Of a DNA stretch of 64,000 nucleotides, positions 40,291-52,560 are shown in pieces. The translations under genes and the position numbers were made by a program. Position 1 is the first letter of the stretch. Each line of letters opens with the position of its first letter. The DNA comes from Chiloscyllium plagiosum (Eukaryota), in NCBI RefSeq assembly GCF_004010195.1, contig NC_057728.1, forward strand, positions 41,892,844 to 41,956,843, read 5' to 3'. The notes below the pieces were generated by a model. The model searched no databases and was not told where the DNA came from. It worked only from the letters and a program-made list of their open reading frames with translations.

Positions 40291-40794
40291 CTGTTACCTC
40301 GTAATCAAGCTCTCTCTGTTCCTGCATCTACCTCTCACTAAGACTCATGCTCTACTACTCATTGTTGCATGCAGCATCTACCCCCACACAGACACACACA
40401 AACTGCTAAACATACATGGCCTCGGCACTGCATACTCACTTATTCAGGTTACCTTTCCCATACTAGTGCAGACAGATGCTATCTGGATAAACCACAAGGC
40501 CCAACCATCCAAGTAGCAGAATCTCACCTTTTGCAGGCTTATTATCTGCTCCACCTTGGGGATAAAATAGGCATCACTGGCTTCCATGCTCTGACTGTCA
40601 GGCATTGCACAAGAGAGTCATCAACCATGGTTGAATTTGGTAACTCTTGTCTCCTAGTAACCATCGTTGAAAGGCATCTAGCTTCTCAAATGCAACAGGA
40701 CCAGGAGATATTAAGGATATAGGAATCATTCCAGGGCATGAAGCACAAAACTCAAAGAAGTGGCATCAATGGTCACAGATGACTGGCACATTTA

Positions 40795-41137
40795 AGCCCT
40801 ACAATGTGGAAGCAGGCCAATCAGCCCAAGAGAAGCACTCTCTGAAGAACATCCCATCAGAAGCAGCCCCTACTCTACCACTCTAATCCTGCAATGCCCA
40901 TGGCTAACTCATCTATCTAGCACATCCCTGGATACCATCCGGCAATTTAGCATGGCCAATCCGTGCAAGCTGCACATGTTTAGACTGTCGGAGAAGACCT
41001 GAGCAGCCAGAGGAAACCCACGCAGACACGGGAAGAATGTGCTAATTCCACACAGATGGTTGCTCAAGGGAGGAATTGAATCCAGATTCCTGGTGCTATG
41101 GGACAGCAGTGCTAACCATTGAGTCACCGTGCCGTCC
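40795..41137 (-). mobile_element. HE1-like SINE
   Basis: Reverse-complemented head cagcagtgctaaccattgagtcaccgtgcc and central domain. Confidence 0.88.
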
Positions 41138-42097
41138 TTGAATAATGTCACATTGATGAATGAAACCCTTTTCTGTTAATGAACTCAGCTGCACAATGTT
41201 ATGGACCTCTCAACAAGGGCATGTGCATTGTTTATTGAGCCCTGGATCTGGGTAAGCTGGTAAGCTACATCACCAAATTGTACTGCCTGGGCTGTAACAC
41301 TGGACTCATCTCATGGAAATGAAGGGGAGATATGATTTGGCATAAATGGCAGTAATCAATCTTGTTGCATTCGTGGGTGGACAATTGAGAGATCCTGCAC
41401 AGGTCCTTAGTAGCTACTTTGAATGAGCAGATCACATAAAAGCTCAGCACAGATGTCACTTTGATGACCACAGAGGTAGGATGGTCTTCTGGTCTCCAGT
41501 TTCAATCCAGCAGCTTCATTGTGTCCCAAAAGATTCCCAGTCTGTGCCAACAATACACCTTCCTCATCCAAAGGAAATGTCATGAAGCCCTCCTGTGCCT
41601 CCTACACACTGAGGAACCCTTCAGCTGTGAGGTCTTCATGTGAAGGTTAGTCAGCATCTGCTGGAGATTGCTGCTGCTCCTGGGCTTCCATATGCATTTA
41701 TGCCTCTTCCATTTCTCAAGCCTTGATTGTAACAGTGAGATATCACATGCTGTGGCTGAGTCCATCAAATTGACTAACAATGTGACAGTGGGACATGAAG
41801 CATTCCAACAAAGGGGACCATATATTGATTAATGTTGGTACTTGAACACTGGATCTTATTCCAATGAAAAACAGATCATGTCATATGTCCATGAAACAGT
41901 TGACGAGTTTAAGTGCTATAAGAGGACTGAAACTTTCTCCTCCTGGCCCAACAATAGACATAATTGTATATAAGACAGTCCAGTATTCCAGTTCAAGTGG
42001 ATAGGAAATCAGTGTTCCTGTATACAGTTGGAGGTGCATTAGCAGTCTTTGTTGTGGCCTTGCCTACTCCTGCTCAGATATTTTCTATCCACAATGT

Positions 42098-43069
42098 CAT
42101 GATTTGGAGATGCTGGTGTTGGACTGGGGTGGACAAAGTTAGAAATCACACAACACCAAGTTATAGTCCAACAGGTTTAATTGGAAGCACTAGTGTGCTG
42201 CTCCTTCATCAGGTGGTTGTGGAGTGCACAATTGTAAGACACAGAATTTAGAGCAAAAGTTTACAGTGTGATGTAACTGAAATTATACATTCAAAAATAC
42301 CTTCGTTGTTTGTTAAATCTCTGATCTGTTAGAATGACCATGATAGTTTCACTTCTTTCATATGTAAATCACAAAACTTTTTTAAAAAGTTACATTCTCA
42401 GGTTAACTGTAACAATTGGTGTCAGGCCAGATAAGATGTTGAAGGTATTTGTCCCCTGTGTTCTGTTATGTGTCATAATGTTTAGACTGATTCTAATCGA
42501 AAAAATGAGTTAACAGAGTCTTATATGGATTTATACAGTTTTTGGGCAAAGTACAATGTAACTCTGCAAGTACAAATTTACCCCACAAACGTAAATGTGT
42601 ATATGGGTTTGTGTATGTGTGTGTGGGGGGAGGGGGGGGGAGCGGTGCTGTGAGTGTCTGTGAGAAAGCATGTATCTATGTGTGTGAATGTAAAGGGGTC
42701 TAAATCTGTGAGAGAGTGCACGTGAGAGTGTGGGTATGTGTCTGTCTGTGTTTAGGTGTGTCTGTGTGTGTGCCTGGAGTGGAGGATTGTGAATGTCTGA
42801 GAGAGAGAGAGTGTATATGCATGTGTGAGTGTAAAGGGGTCTAGATCTTCGAGAGGGTGCATGTGTGAGTTTGGGAGTGTGTGTGTCTGTGGGACAGATG
42901 AGAGACCAACAAGGTATTTTTCAATGTATAATTTCATTTACATCACACAGTAAACTTTTGCTATAAATTCTGCGTCTTCCACCTGATGAAGGAGCAGCGC
43001 TCCAAAAACTAGTGCTTCCAATTAAACCTGTTGGACTATAACCTGGTGTTGTGTGATTTTTAACTTTAC
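42098..43069. mobile_element. Family B element with inverted terminal arms (minus copy 42098-about 42900, plus copy about 42905-43069) and internal (TG)-rich repeats
   Basis: Arms are reverse complements over about 160 bp; 9-bp duplication ccacaatgt at 42089-42097 and 43070-43078. Confidence 0.85.
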
Positions 43070-44197
43070 CCACAATGTGTAAATCCAATGACATAATCAA
43101 CATTACTCATGATGAACAATTACACCCAAAATGGTTGACCATGCATTTCCCATGCTTGATGAGATGTTTGCAAGTGACTTTTAACCTACATTCTGCAAGT
43201 GCACGATTGATGCAATTGCCCCTGGAAAGATCTCCTGTCATTCAGAGGTGGAGTCTATGGAGACCAGAAAACAGACACATTTTTCCACACATGGTTGTAG
43301 CCATGTTCCATGCACATGTCAAATTTAGCAATAGGAAGAGGTTAGAAGGCATTGCAGGTTGTGCTGGATATCACAAGTATCAGACTCAGCCTGGCTGTCA
43401 GGTCCCCCATCCCTGAATCTACATGGCCTTCTTACCTAGCACTTCCTGGACGGCCCATCTCTACCGAACCTGCACATGGTCCCACCCACCATCTTAGGTG
43501 ACTACTTATTACCACAACTCCACCTCTCCCCAGCACCATCTGGAAGCATCCCACACACTACCAGCTCCCCCACTTACATGTCAAATTTCTCCCCTTCACC
43601 ATCCCTGTACCTAGGCTCCTGCCCACAATGCCCCGCATTGCATCACCTCACCTCCCAACTGCCAACAGTATTCCCTCTTACCCAGCAATGTCATTCATTC
43701 TGCTGCCTACACCACCACCTTCAGGGGAGACCATGCCCCACTTTCCTGGACAACATGTAGAACAATTAGCACAGACTGATGACTGACTAGACCTCCAACT
43801 GCTCCCTAACAATGATCTGCAAGTCACCTGACAGGTTGTGTTGGACCTGCAGGACTTACTGTGTCCAACCCCCTGGACAGATTGCAGACACTGTCCTTAG
43901 TGGAGTGTATGAAAACCTCTGACTGGCAACAGCTTCCCATGACTTGACAGAGCACTAATCCCCTTTAAATTTGAGACACGGCTATTTGATTTTCACACAT
44001 ACAAACATTTGGAGTTTGCTGCACAGGCTGCTGGCATGTGCTGTCAGTGTAAGATTGACATAGCAAGCTGCCGTACAGCAACATGATATATGCAAGGTAG
44101 GAATGCTGTGAGCACCCAGGCAGCATGAAGTGAGTGAACAACTTGAGATGTAGCCTGGTTCCATTGGCAAGCTGAATGTCTATTTGTGTGTGCAAGT

Positions 44198-44805
44198 CAT
44201 GATTTGGAGATGCTGGTGTTGGACTGGGGTGTATAAAGTTAAAAATCACACAACACCAAGTTATAGTCCAACAGGTTTAATTGGAAGCACTAGTTTTTGG
44301 AGCGCTGCTCCTTCATCAGGTGGTTGTGGAGTACACAATTGTAAGACACAGAATTTAGAGCAAAAGTTTACAGTGTGATGTCACTGAAATTATACATTGA
44401 AAAATACCTTCATTGTTTGTTAAGTCTCTGATCTGTTAGAATGACCAATATAGTTTCACTTCTTTCATATGTAAATCACAAAACTTTAAAAAGTTACATT
44501 CTCAGGTTCACTGTAATAAATGGTGTCAGGCCAGATAAGATGTTGAAGGTGTTAGTCCCCTGTGTTCTGTTGTGTGTGTCATAATGTTTAGACTGACTCT
44601 AATCTAAAAAATGAGTTAACAGAGTCTTACATGGATTCATGCAGTTTTTGAACAAAGTACAATGTTTCTCTGCAAGTACAAATTCACCCCACAAACATAT
44701 GTGTGTGTGTCTGTCTGTCTGGGGTGGGGGGTTGTGAGTGTCTGTGAGAGAGTGTGCATATGTGTGAGTGTAAAGGAGTCTAAGTCTAAGTCTGTGAGAG
44801 GGTGC
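44198..44805 (-). mobile_element. Family B element, close sibling of 42098-42720
   Basis: Colinear, highly similar sequence from catgatttggagatgctgg onward. Confidence 0.88.
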
Positions 44806-46687
44806 AAAGTTTCCCTGCAGTGGTGCCAGCGTGCTCCAAAGTGCTGCACGGAAATGCAGAAGGGATGTAATCAGAATGTGCAGAGAGAATGGCAAGTGTA
44901 AGATACCCTTGGCCATGAACATGGGTGCACACAGTCACTACCCCCGAACCATGGCCAGAGATATTGGTGCCAGTTTCCAAGACAGAGGTATGGAGGAGTG
45001 GGCAGTGAGCTGGAGCTACCAACATACACTCTGACTTTCATGTTGGGAATTCGTGGTATCTGGTTTCTAAGAGACGTGTGATCGCATATTACTGAGGTGA
45101 GACTAAGTAAGACTGACGGAGATCATGACTGATAATCACTATAAATAGGTTTTCTACCTGCTCACTAGCAAGATTCTCATCGTGATGTCTGGAACTTAGT
45201 TGGAAAATGTAATTTGCAGCTCTTGATATTGAGAAAGACCTCATTCAACTTCTCACATAGTTCTCCCAAATTTTATACCATAGCCCATGTCATTCAGGAT
45301 CTGGAAAAAGTTTACCCATTGACTTTGACCAGTCAGTCACAAGATACTGAGAATAATTTTTGTCAAATCGAATGCTGTGAACTGACACAATACCTGGATC
45401 ACAAGTCATATCAGCAATTTCAGATTTGCAGTCACCTTCAATTTCAATAACCTTTTTAATTTAGAACAGAATTTAAATTTCAAACCATGAGAGGATTTGT
45501 ACACTTACTTTCATATATGCACTTATGGCCATTGGATGAAGCAGCAAAACAATTTTATGTCAGAGTTACACATTTTACTGTCAAATCTTTAAAAGCAAAC
45601 TTGTATTTCAATTTTCAAAAAAGCTATAAGTGTTATACTCATGTCAAGTTAGCATGATTTCTAAACTTTTTTTAAAAACAAAGCAGAAGGTTAAGCGCAG
45701 AATAAATCAGTTCCAAAAAGGGTATTAGGTCCATACACTCTGTGAATATAGCTTCTGACTCTATCCGATGTCTAAAATTGTGACGGCATTTGTAAAACAA
45801 AGGGGTTGGTATTCCATCTATTCCCTCATATGTAACATAAGCATGTATTTAAACCAGAACTTAAACAAGAGTGTTCATTTTCACTGCATTTCCCAAACCA
45901 CAATTTCAAATGGCACAGTGTACAAGAAAGTGTCCAACATTCTGTTCAGTATGATTGCTGACACTTTGAACATAGTTCGCAGAGCCTGACAAAAATTGAA
46001 ATACCAGCATTTTATATTTAAAACATTATTGCAGTTAATTTATTTTGCACACTGCACACGCAGAGCTGGGGAGACTACACTCAATTGAATGGTCGACTAA
46101 ATTCTTTACTTGATTTGAAACTTGATCTGGAAAGTTGAGTAATATTTTCAGTGCTGTCATCAATCATGATTTCGTTAATGATTTGTTGATTTTTGACATT
46201 TTTTTAAATAAAAGGAGCACACAATTCACAAGGATAAAAGGCAGGAAGTTATTTTTCATCTCTCCTAGTCAAGAATGTATGGCAGCACGTAAATGATCTG
46301 CCCCTCACCCAATAATGCAAAATCAACTCATTTAAATACTTTACTGCCACTCCAAGTGATGTACAAAGATTATTGGTGTTGCAGTACTGATTTTCACATA
46401 CCTGTAATCATGAACATGTTAAACTGCCCTTCAATCATTGTAATTCACTGGCTCCAGTAATGAATTTTCACCTTTGGGGTGGGAAACAGTTACTGACCTA
46501 GGTTTTTTAACTAGGGTGCTTCCTTATTTGGCATGGAGACAAGTTCCCTGCCCAATTTAAGGGTGCAAGCAGTTCCTCGGAGCTGGAAGGTTGAAGGCTC
46601 ACCGGCCTTTTGAGAAGCACCCAACTACAGAACAAGGATAACTAACCAGAAGGTGTGCTCTCTGCCACTTTGTACAAACTTTAAGCT

Positions 46688-47039
46688 CATAGAATAGAAT
46701 CCCTAGTGTGGAAACAGGCCATTAGGTCCAACAAGTCCACACTGACCCTCCAAAGAGCAATCCACTCAGACCCATTCCCCTAACCTATTAGACTACATTT
46801 ACCCTTGACCAGTCGCCTAACCCACACATCCCTGAACACAATGGGCAATTTAGCATGGCCAATTCACCTAATCCACAATCTTTGAATTGTGGGAGGAAAC
46901 CGGAGCACCCGGAGGAAACCCACACAGACACGGGGAGAATGTGCAAACTGCACACAGACAGTCGCCCGAGGCTGGAGTCGAACCCCGGTCCCTGGTGCTG
47001 TAAGGCAGCAGTGCTAACCACTTAGCCACTGTGCCACCC
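46688..47039 (-). mobile_element. HE1-like SINE, near full length
   Basis: B box gggttcgactcc; complete central domain and tail on the minus strand. Confidence 0.93.
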
Positions 47040-47862
47040 TAAGAAGTAGATTAAAGAAGTCCAAATAAAACCTCTTCTGCATTTGTGGTTTGGGATGGGT
47101 GAGACGGCCCTGTGGAAGATGGCCTTTAACTGTAACCCTACCAAGGCAGGCAGGGCCTGGAACACAAACTCTATAGCTTGCTGCTGGGTGTTCATTTCTA
47201 AGCCATTGATCAGTCCCACATTGTGTTAGAAAACTGAAGCCAACTAGAAAATCCCCATTGGCTTCTTAGGCTTTCCTTTAACAAAGATTCTGAATAAGGT
47301 TATTTGGGTGCTGTGTCAGAATTGGCGGTTTTCTTGGTCCCCAGATGCTTGTGACCCAAAATGGCTGACACTGGATTAGACCTTTAGTTAGGCTTGAAAA
47401 TTCTGCCCAGTATGTTTTATACTAAAAGTTCTTTGCCTCTTTGCTTCGAAAGTTCCTTCCCAGTGTTATAAAATTCCACAAAGTAACGCAAGTATTTTTC
47501 TTCAGTAAAGAGAATAATGTGCAATTAAAATCATAGAATTATTATTCCTGTTTTACTTATTGTGAAACTGCTTGCTTGTGCTGGATTGACATTTAGTTGA
47601 GGGGATAAAAACAGAATTTGCGGGGAAATCTCAGCAAGTCCGGTAGAAATCAGAGTTCATGTTTTGACTCCAGTGACCCTTTTTCAGAACTGATGGTAGC
47701 TAGGAAAACATTGATTTTCTTTTTCTTGGTGGGGGGACAGGGGGGAAAACAAGGGGTAAACAGATGGAGATAGAACAGTTGGACAGACAAAAGGAGTGGA
47801 TAAAAGTCAATCTAGGAGAATGAATAACTGCCAATGGGGACTATTAATGACTAATAATGGGT

Positions 47863-48071
47863 ATACAAAGTTAAAAATCACACAACACCAGGTTATAGTC
47901 CAACAGGTTTATTTGGAAACACTAGCTTTCGGAACGCTGCTCCTTCATCAACCACCTGATGAAAGAGCAGTGCTCTGAAAGCTAGTGCTTCCAAATAAAC
48001 CTGTTGGACTATAACCTGGTGTTGTGTGATTTTTAACTTTGTACACTCCTAACACCAGCACCTCCAAATCA
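47863..48071. mobile_element. 209-bp hairpin made of two head-to-head family B termini, nested in the family C PLE
   Basis: About 87-bp inverted arms around accacc; 11-bp duplication taataatgggt at 47852-47862 and 48072-48082. Confidence 0.9.
47953..47987 (+). ncRNA. Minimal type I hammerhead ribozyme motif, intact core (family B)
   Basis: CAC CUGAUGA a AGAGC agu GCUCU GAAA GC UA GUG; CAC/GUG helix I, palindromic AGCU helix III, CUA triplet. Confidence 0.75.
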
Positions 48072-49879
48072 TAATAATGGGTGGTGTGTAATAGCAGATC
48101 ATATGATAACAAAGCCTGGTGTGGGGGAATTGGGGTAAGGACATGGGAGAAGGTGCCTCAAATCTTAAACTTGTTGAACTTGGCATTGAGTTCATCAGGT
48201 TGTAGTGTTGCCAAGTGGAAAATATGGTGCTGTTGTTCCAGCTTGTGCTGAGCTTCGCTGGAACACTGCAGCAAGCCTGAGACTGAGATATTGGCAGGGG
48301 AGCAAGTTGGTGCATTGAAGTGGCAGGCAACTGGAAGCTTAGGATCTTCTTTGAGGACAGAACGTACATGTTCTGCAAAGCGGTCACCCAATCTACGCTT
48401 CATTTCCCAACGTAGAGGAGATGACGTGAGCAGTGAATGCAGTAGATTAGAGTGAGTGAAGTGCAGGTAAAATGCTGCTTCACCTGGATAGTGAGGACAG
48501 AGAAAATGAATGGGCAGATGTTACATCTTCTGCAGATGCAGGGGAAGGTGTTGTGGGGCCGAGCAGGGGGGTTTTGGGACTGAAGGAGGAGTTGACCAGG
48601 GTGTCCTGGAGGGAATAATCCTTGAGGAAGGCTGACAAAGAAGGGGAGGGGAATGTGTGTCATGTGGTGGCATACCACTGCATGGCGGAAATGGGGGTGA
48701 ATGATCCACTGGTGAAATAATAGATGAGGACAAGGAGGACTCTAATGCTGTTGTTGGAGGAAAGAGAGGGAGTGAGGGCTGAAATGCGGGAGATGAGTTG
48801 GACATTTCAGAGGTTCCCTTTTTGAAGTTGGCATCGTCAGAACAGATGCAATGGAGACAGAAGAACTGGAAGAACGAAATAGAGCCTTTACAGGAAGTAG
48901 GGTGTGATGTGGTATAGTCAAGGTTACTGCGGGAGTTGGCTGGTTTGGAGTGGACTATCCCTAGAAATGGAAACAGAGATGTCGAGGAAGGGAAGGACGG
49001 ACTCAGATGGACTATGTGAAGGTGTGACTGGGGTGGAAACCGGAAGCAAAATTGATAAACTTTTCCACTTTCAGATGGCGGAGGGAAGCAGCACCGATAA
49101 TATCATTGACATATCGGAGAAAGAGTTGTTGGTGGGAGCCGGACTAGGATTGGAACAAGAGATGTTCCACTAACAGACAAGCATAACTGGGGCCCATGTG
49201 GGTATCCATGGCCACACCTTTGACCTGAAGAAAGTAAGAGAAACTAAAAGTGAAGTTGTTCAAAGTGATTACAAGTTCCATATGGTGGAGGAGGGTGGTG
49301 GTGGATGGGGATGGTTCAGGTCTTTTTTCCAGGAAGAAGCAGAGAGCCCTGAGACCTTGTGGGAGATAGATATGTAAAGGGACTGCATATCCTTGGTAAA
49401 ATGGAGGCAGCTGGAGCTGACTGGAAATTCTGAAACTCATGTGAGGTGTCAGATGTAATTGGGAAGCAACTGGACAAGGGGAGAGAAGACCAAGTCGACT
49501 TAGGAAGAGATGAGGAGCAGGCAGAAACAATGAGTCTGTTTGGACACTCATGTTTATGGATTTTGGGAAGGAGGTAGAAGCGAGTTGTGCGAGGTTGGGA
49601 GACAATGAACTCGGAGGCAGTGCTGGGGAGATCACCAGATGAAATGAGGATGATGATCGTAGTGAACACAATGGCCTGATGTTCCCCTGGACCATAACCA
49701 CACCATGGGAGATTGGAGGTGGAGTCTGAGAGCTGGCACTCAGCCTCTGCAATGTAGAGGTCAGTACGCCAAAAAACAACAGCACCACCCCTGTCAGTGA
49801 GGTTTAATAACAAAGTCAGGGTTGGATCTGAGACCACAGAGTGCAGTCAGTTCAGTCGAGGGGTATGGGTACCAGAATG

Positions 49880-50230
49880 AGGTTTTGGCAAGGCTTAGTG
49901 GTAATGTATTGCAGCCAGAGCAGCAAAGCTCAGTTAATTGCTGGTGGCTCACATGAATGGTCGTGGTGTTTGAGCATGCAGTTAAAAGACTAGTGGGAGA
50001 GAGATGTGGACAGACTGCATACACTCTGCAAGCTGCGTAATTTTCCAATGATTTTGCAGGAATCCTTGAAATCTTTTCACAGGTCACTTGCGCATTTGTG
50101 GACATCTGGTTGAGGACCACTGCTTTGCACCATGTCGGATGATAAAGTGCATCCTCGAACTCATGGTGTTCAATCCTGCAGGTGATATGACAATATATTC
50201 CAAAATTACATGTGAACACCATGAACTGAA
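49880..50230 (-). mobile_element. Harbinger transposase N-terminal remnant
   Basis: YAACRVY...LTELCCSG pattern resembling the other Harbinger remnants in this window. Confidence 0.4.
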
Positions 50231-51574
50231 CTTCATTCAGGAGATGGGGGCCCCATGCAAAGGCTAGGGTGCAGGTGAAAGATTTACATTGCCACCTTTT
50301 TAGGAAACATTTGCCCTATTAAGTGCTAATCAAGCACTCTTGAGGCCAGTGCTGGGCCAACCACGGTATCAGGGGCCCTTAGGTGCCCACACCAGAGGCC
50401 AGCATCTCTTGACTGCACATAGCACTGATGGGGTAGTGGTAGGAGTTGCCTTCAATGCACCCACCAGAGGCCTGGGATCAGTGGGGCATCTAAGCCACAG
50501 ATGAAAGAGGGCAGGCTGAGAATCCAAGAGGGGATGGAAAGGGTGTTTAGGGGCATGGACAAAGGCAAATACCCGATGCACATCTCTCAACAGCCCCACT
50601 GGAGCCTGTTAACATATGTGCTTTTGGGTTTGCTGTGGGACAACTGTCCTGCCTGCTGCTGGTTGGATATCAGAGGCAGTAGGATAAGGCCTTTGAGTGA
50701 GTACTAACTGCCCACTGAAGGGTCTTAATTGGCAGAGGGTGAACTTGTTGGGGTAGAGGAGGAAGGTGGTGGTCCCACCTGATTAAGCACCCCTCCACTC
50801 CAAACACACTTCGGAGGATGGAATTAAACTCCAACCCTTCCCCCCACCACCCCAAACCAGAGTCAACTGTCTTTTGCACTACTTTACTGCTATCAGTCTG
50901 AAATAAGACAATTACACAAATGATTATAGATGCCGTATTTGGTGTACATGTGTGTGCATGTTACTAGTCTGTAAGAGTGTTTTAGTTTTGTTGCTTTAAT
51001 TTGCCTGCATGCATTTTCCAGTAATACATACTGGACATTCATGGACAACATTTTTTCCTTAGAACATTCATTTATTTGAAATACTTGCTCGTAATTTCAT
51101 GAAATCCTTTGATAAATGTAGTTTTACATATGAATTAATGAGACAAAAGAATGCAAATAGAATTAGGTCTTGTAACAGCTTTTTGTTTGGTCAGTTCTTT
51201 CATTTTTTCCTAGATGTCTATTCCTTGATAAAGTTCAATTAATGTAGATGCCAGTCATCCTCTAGAACTTTGTTTATATAATCATTTGTCAGGTGTTAGC
51301 AAATGCCATTCAAATTCTCTAAATTGGTGCAGTTAGACCACTTTAGGTCAATGTAATAACCTTTCCAGTGGAAGTGGACTTGGGATGTTGCCCTGCCCTT
51401 AAAATGGAAGGCAATGACAAAACACTGACCACATATCCCAATTCCAGACAAGTAGGAAATTCATAAATTAAAGTATAAAAATCATTTTTATAACACTTTT
51501 TGTTGTAAGCTCTAAAAATTCAGTTAATTAAAAGCACTGACAATGATTTACTTAGCTTTAAAAATTGTCCATAC

Positions 51575-51603
51575 CTGATCCAGAATCAAACTTGGTTGCT
51601 GAC
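51575..51603 (-). CDS. MSRB3: MSRB3 micro-exon (29 bp): (T)SATKFDSGS(G)
   Basis: Acceptor tttttcattttatag, donor AG|gtatgg. Encodes the start of the MsrB KFDSGxGWPSF motif, in phase with the previous exon (AC+G=Thr). Confidence 0.95.
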
Positions 51604-52159
51604 CTATAAAATGAAAAATTATTTTAGTTGCAAGGACCGACACTTATGCAAGTATTGAAGGTATGCAAATTGCACAAGTTTTATATGAGAAAGGAAATAC
51701 ATTTTCAATTTTATACTAATACGTTGCCATTTTGATCAAGCCATTGATCCCAGAATATAAAATGGCACAGGCTCTTTACTGTGATACAACAAATTCCAAG
51801 TACTCTGTAGACAATTTGTTTGGAATCTCAAATAGAGAATGCTTCTCTTGGCTATTTAAATCCCTTGAAATCCTCCTCTCCTGGATCACACACTGTAGGA
51901 ATGTACCTGTACTGTTCTCTCGCAAGTAGCTTTCAGGCCTTCATTCCAAGTGGTTTCAGCAGTTAATATTGGCAGAGACTATGCAAGGCATCATGTTCTA
52001 TCCTCATACAATGACAACAGATACCCTGTACATACTTTTTAGCAAGTGTCAACAGACAATCAGGATTGAAAATACTGACCTGTCTTTTCATCAGCAGCAA
52101 GTCAACACTCAATACAGAGGACACAGTGACTTACAAGGGAGTTATCAGGAATGAGGAAT

Positions 52160-52560
52160 TTTAGATATAAAGAAAGCATGTATAGGCTAGATTTGTTCTC
52201 TCTAGAATAACACTGGAGCAAAATTTAATTGGGAGATATTAAATTTTGCAAAGCCTAGCAGATGTCAAGATTCAAACAGGCATGGATTGAAAATAATGGT
52301 TAGAATAATAAGAATGAATTGAGGGGTAAATTGTTCACACAGAGGAAGTGGGGTTTGGAACTCACCGTATGAAAGGGTGATAGAGGCAGAATTACTCATC
52401 ACACTTCAAATACATAGGACTTGGATATGCACTTGAGATGCTGTATCATACATGACAACAGAGCTGGAAGTTGGAATTAGGCTGGATACCACTTTTCAAC
52501 TGGAATAGTCACAATGGACCAACTGGCTGCTTTCGTTGGTGCAATTTTTTCTATCTTTCT
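52160..52560 (+). mobile_element. Old CR1 3' fragment
   Basis: taggctagatttgttctctctagaa (RLDLFSLE); ttcacacagagg....gtttggaactcacc. Confidence 0.65.

Larger units (their letters stand above)
47605..49850 (-). mobile_element. Older Neptune-like PLE (family C), decayed RT plus GIY-YIG
   Basis: TDRGGAVVFWRTDLY; RFYLLPKIHK..PNRLIVSAC; VKGVAMDTHMGPSYACL; FPCICRRCNIC; LIYCIHCS..LLYVGK; MKRRLGDRFAEH. Confidence 0.9.

Noticed and set aside
42098..43069. Classifying the inverted-arm elements as DNA-transposon MITEs
   Set aside because: Arms are asymmetric and variably truncated, TSD lengths vary (9, 10, 11 bp) and a hammerhead motif is present, which fits PLE-type retrotransposition better.
1..51574. 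Next MSRB3 exon (WPSF...ETSC)
   Set aside because: Not found by visual scan of the minus strand; probably outside the window. A missed or gap-hidden exon cannot be excluded.
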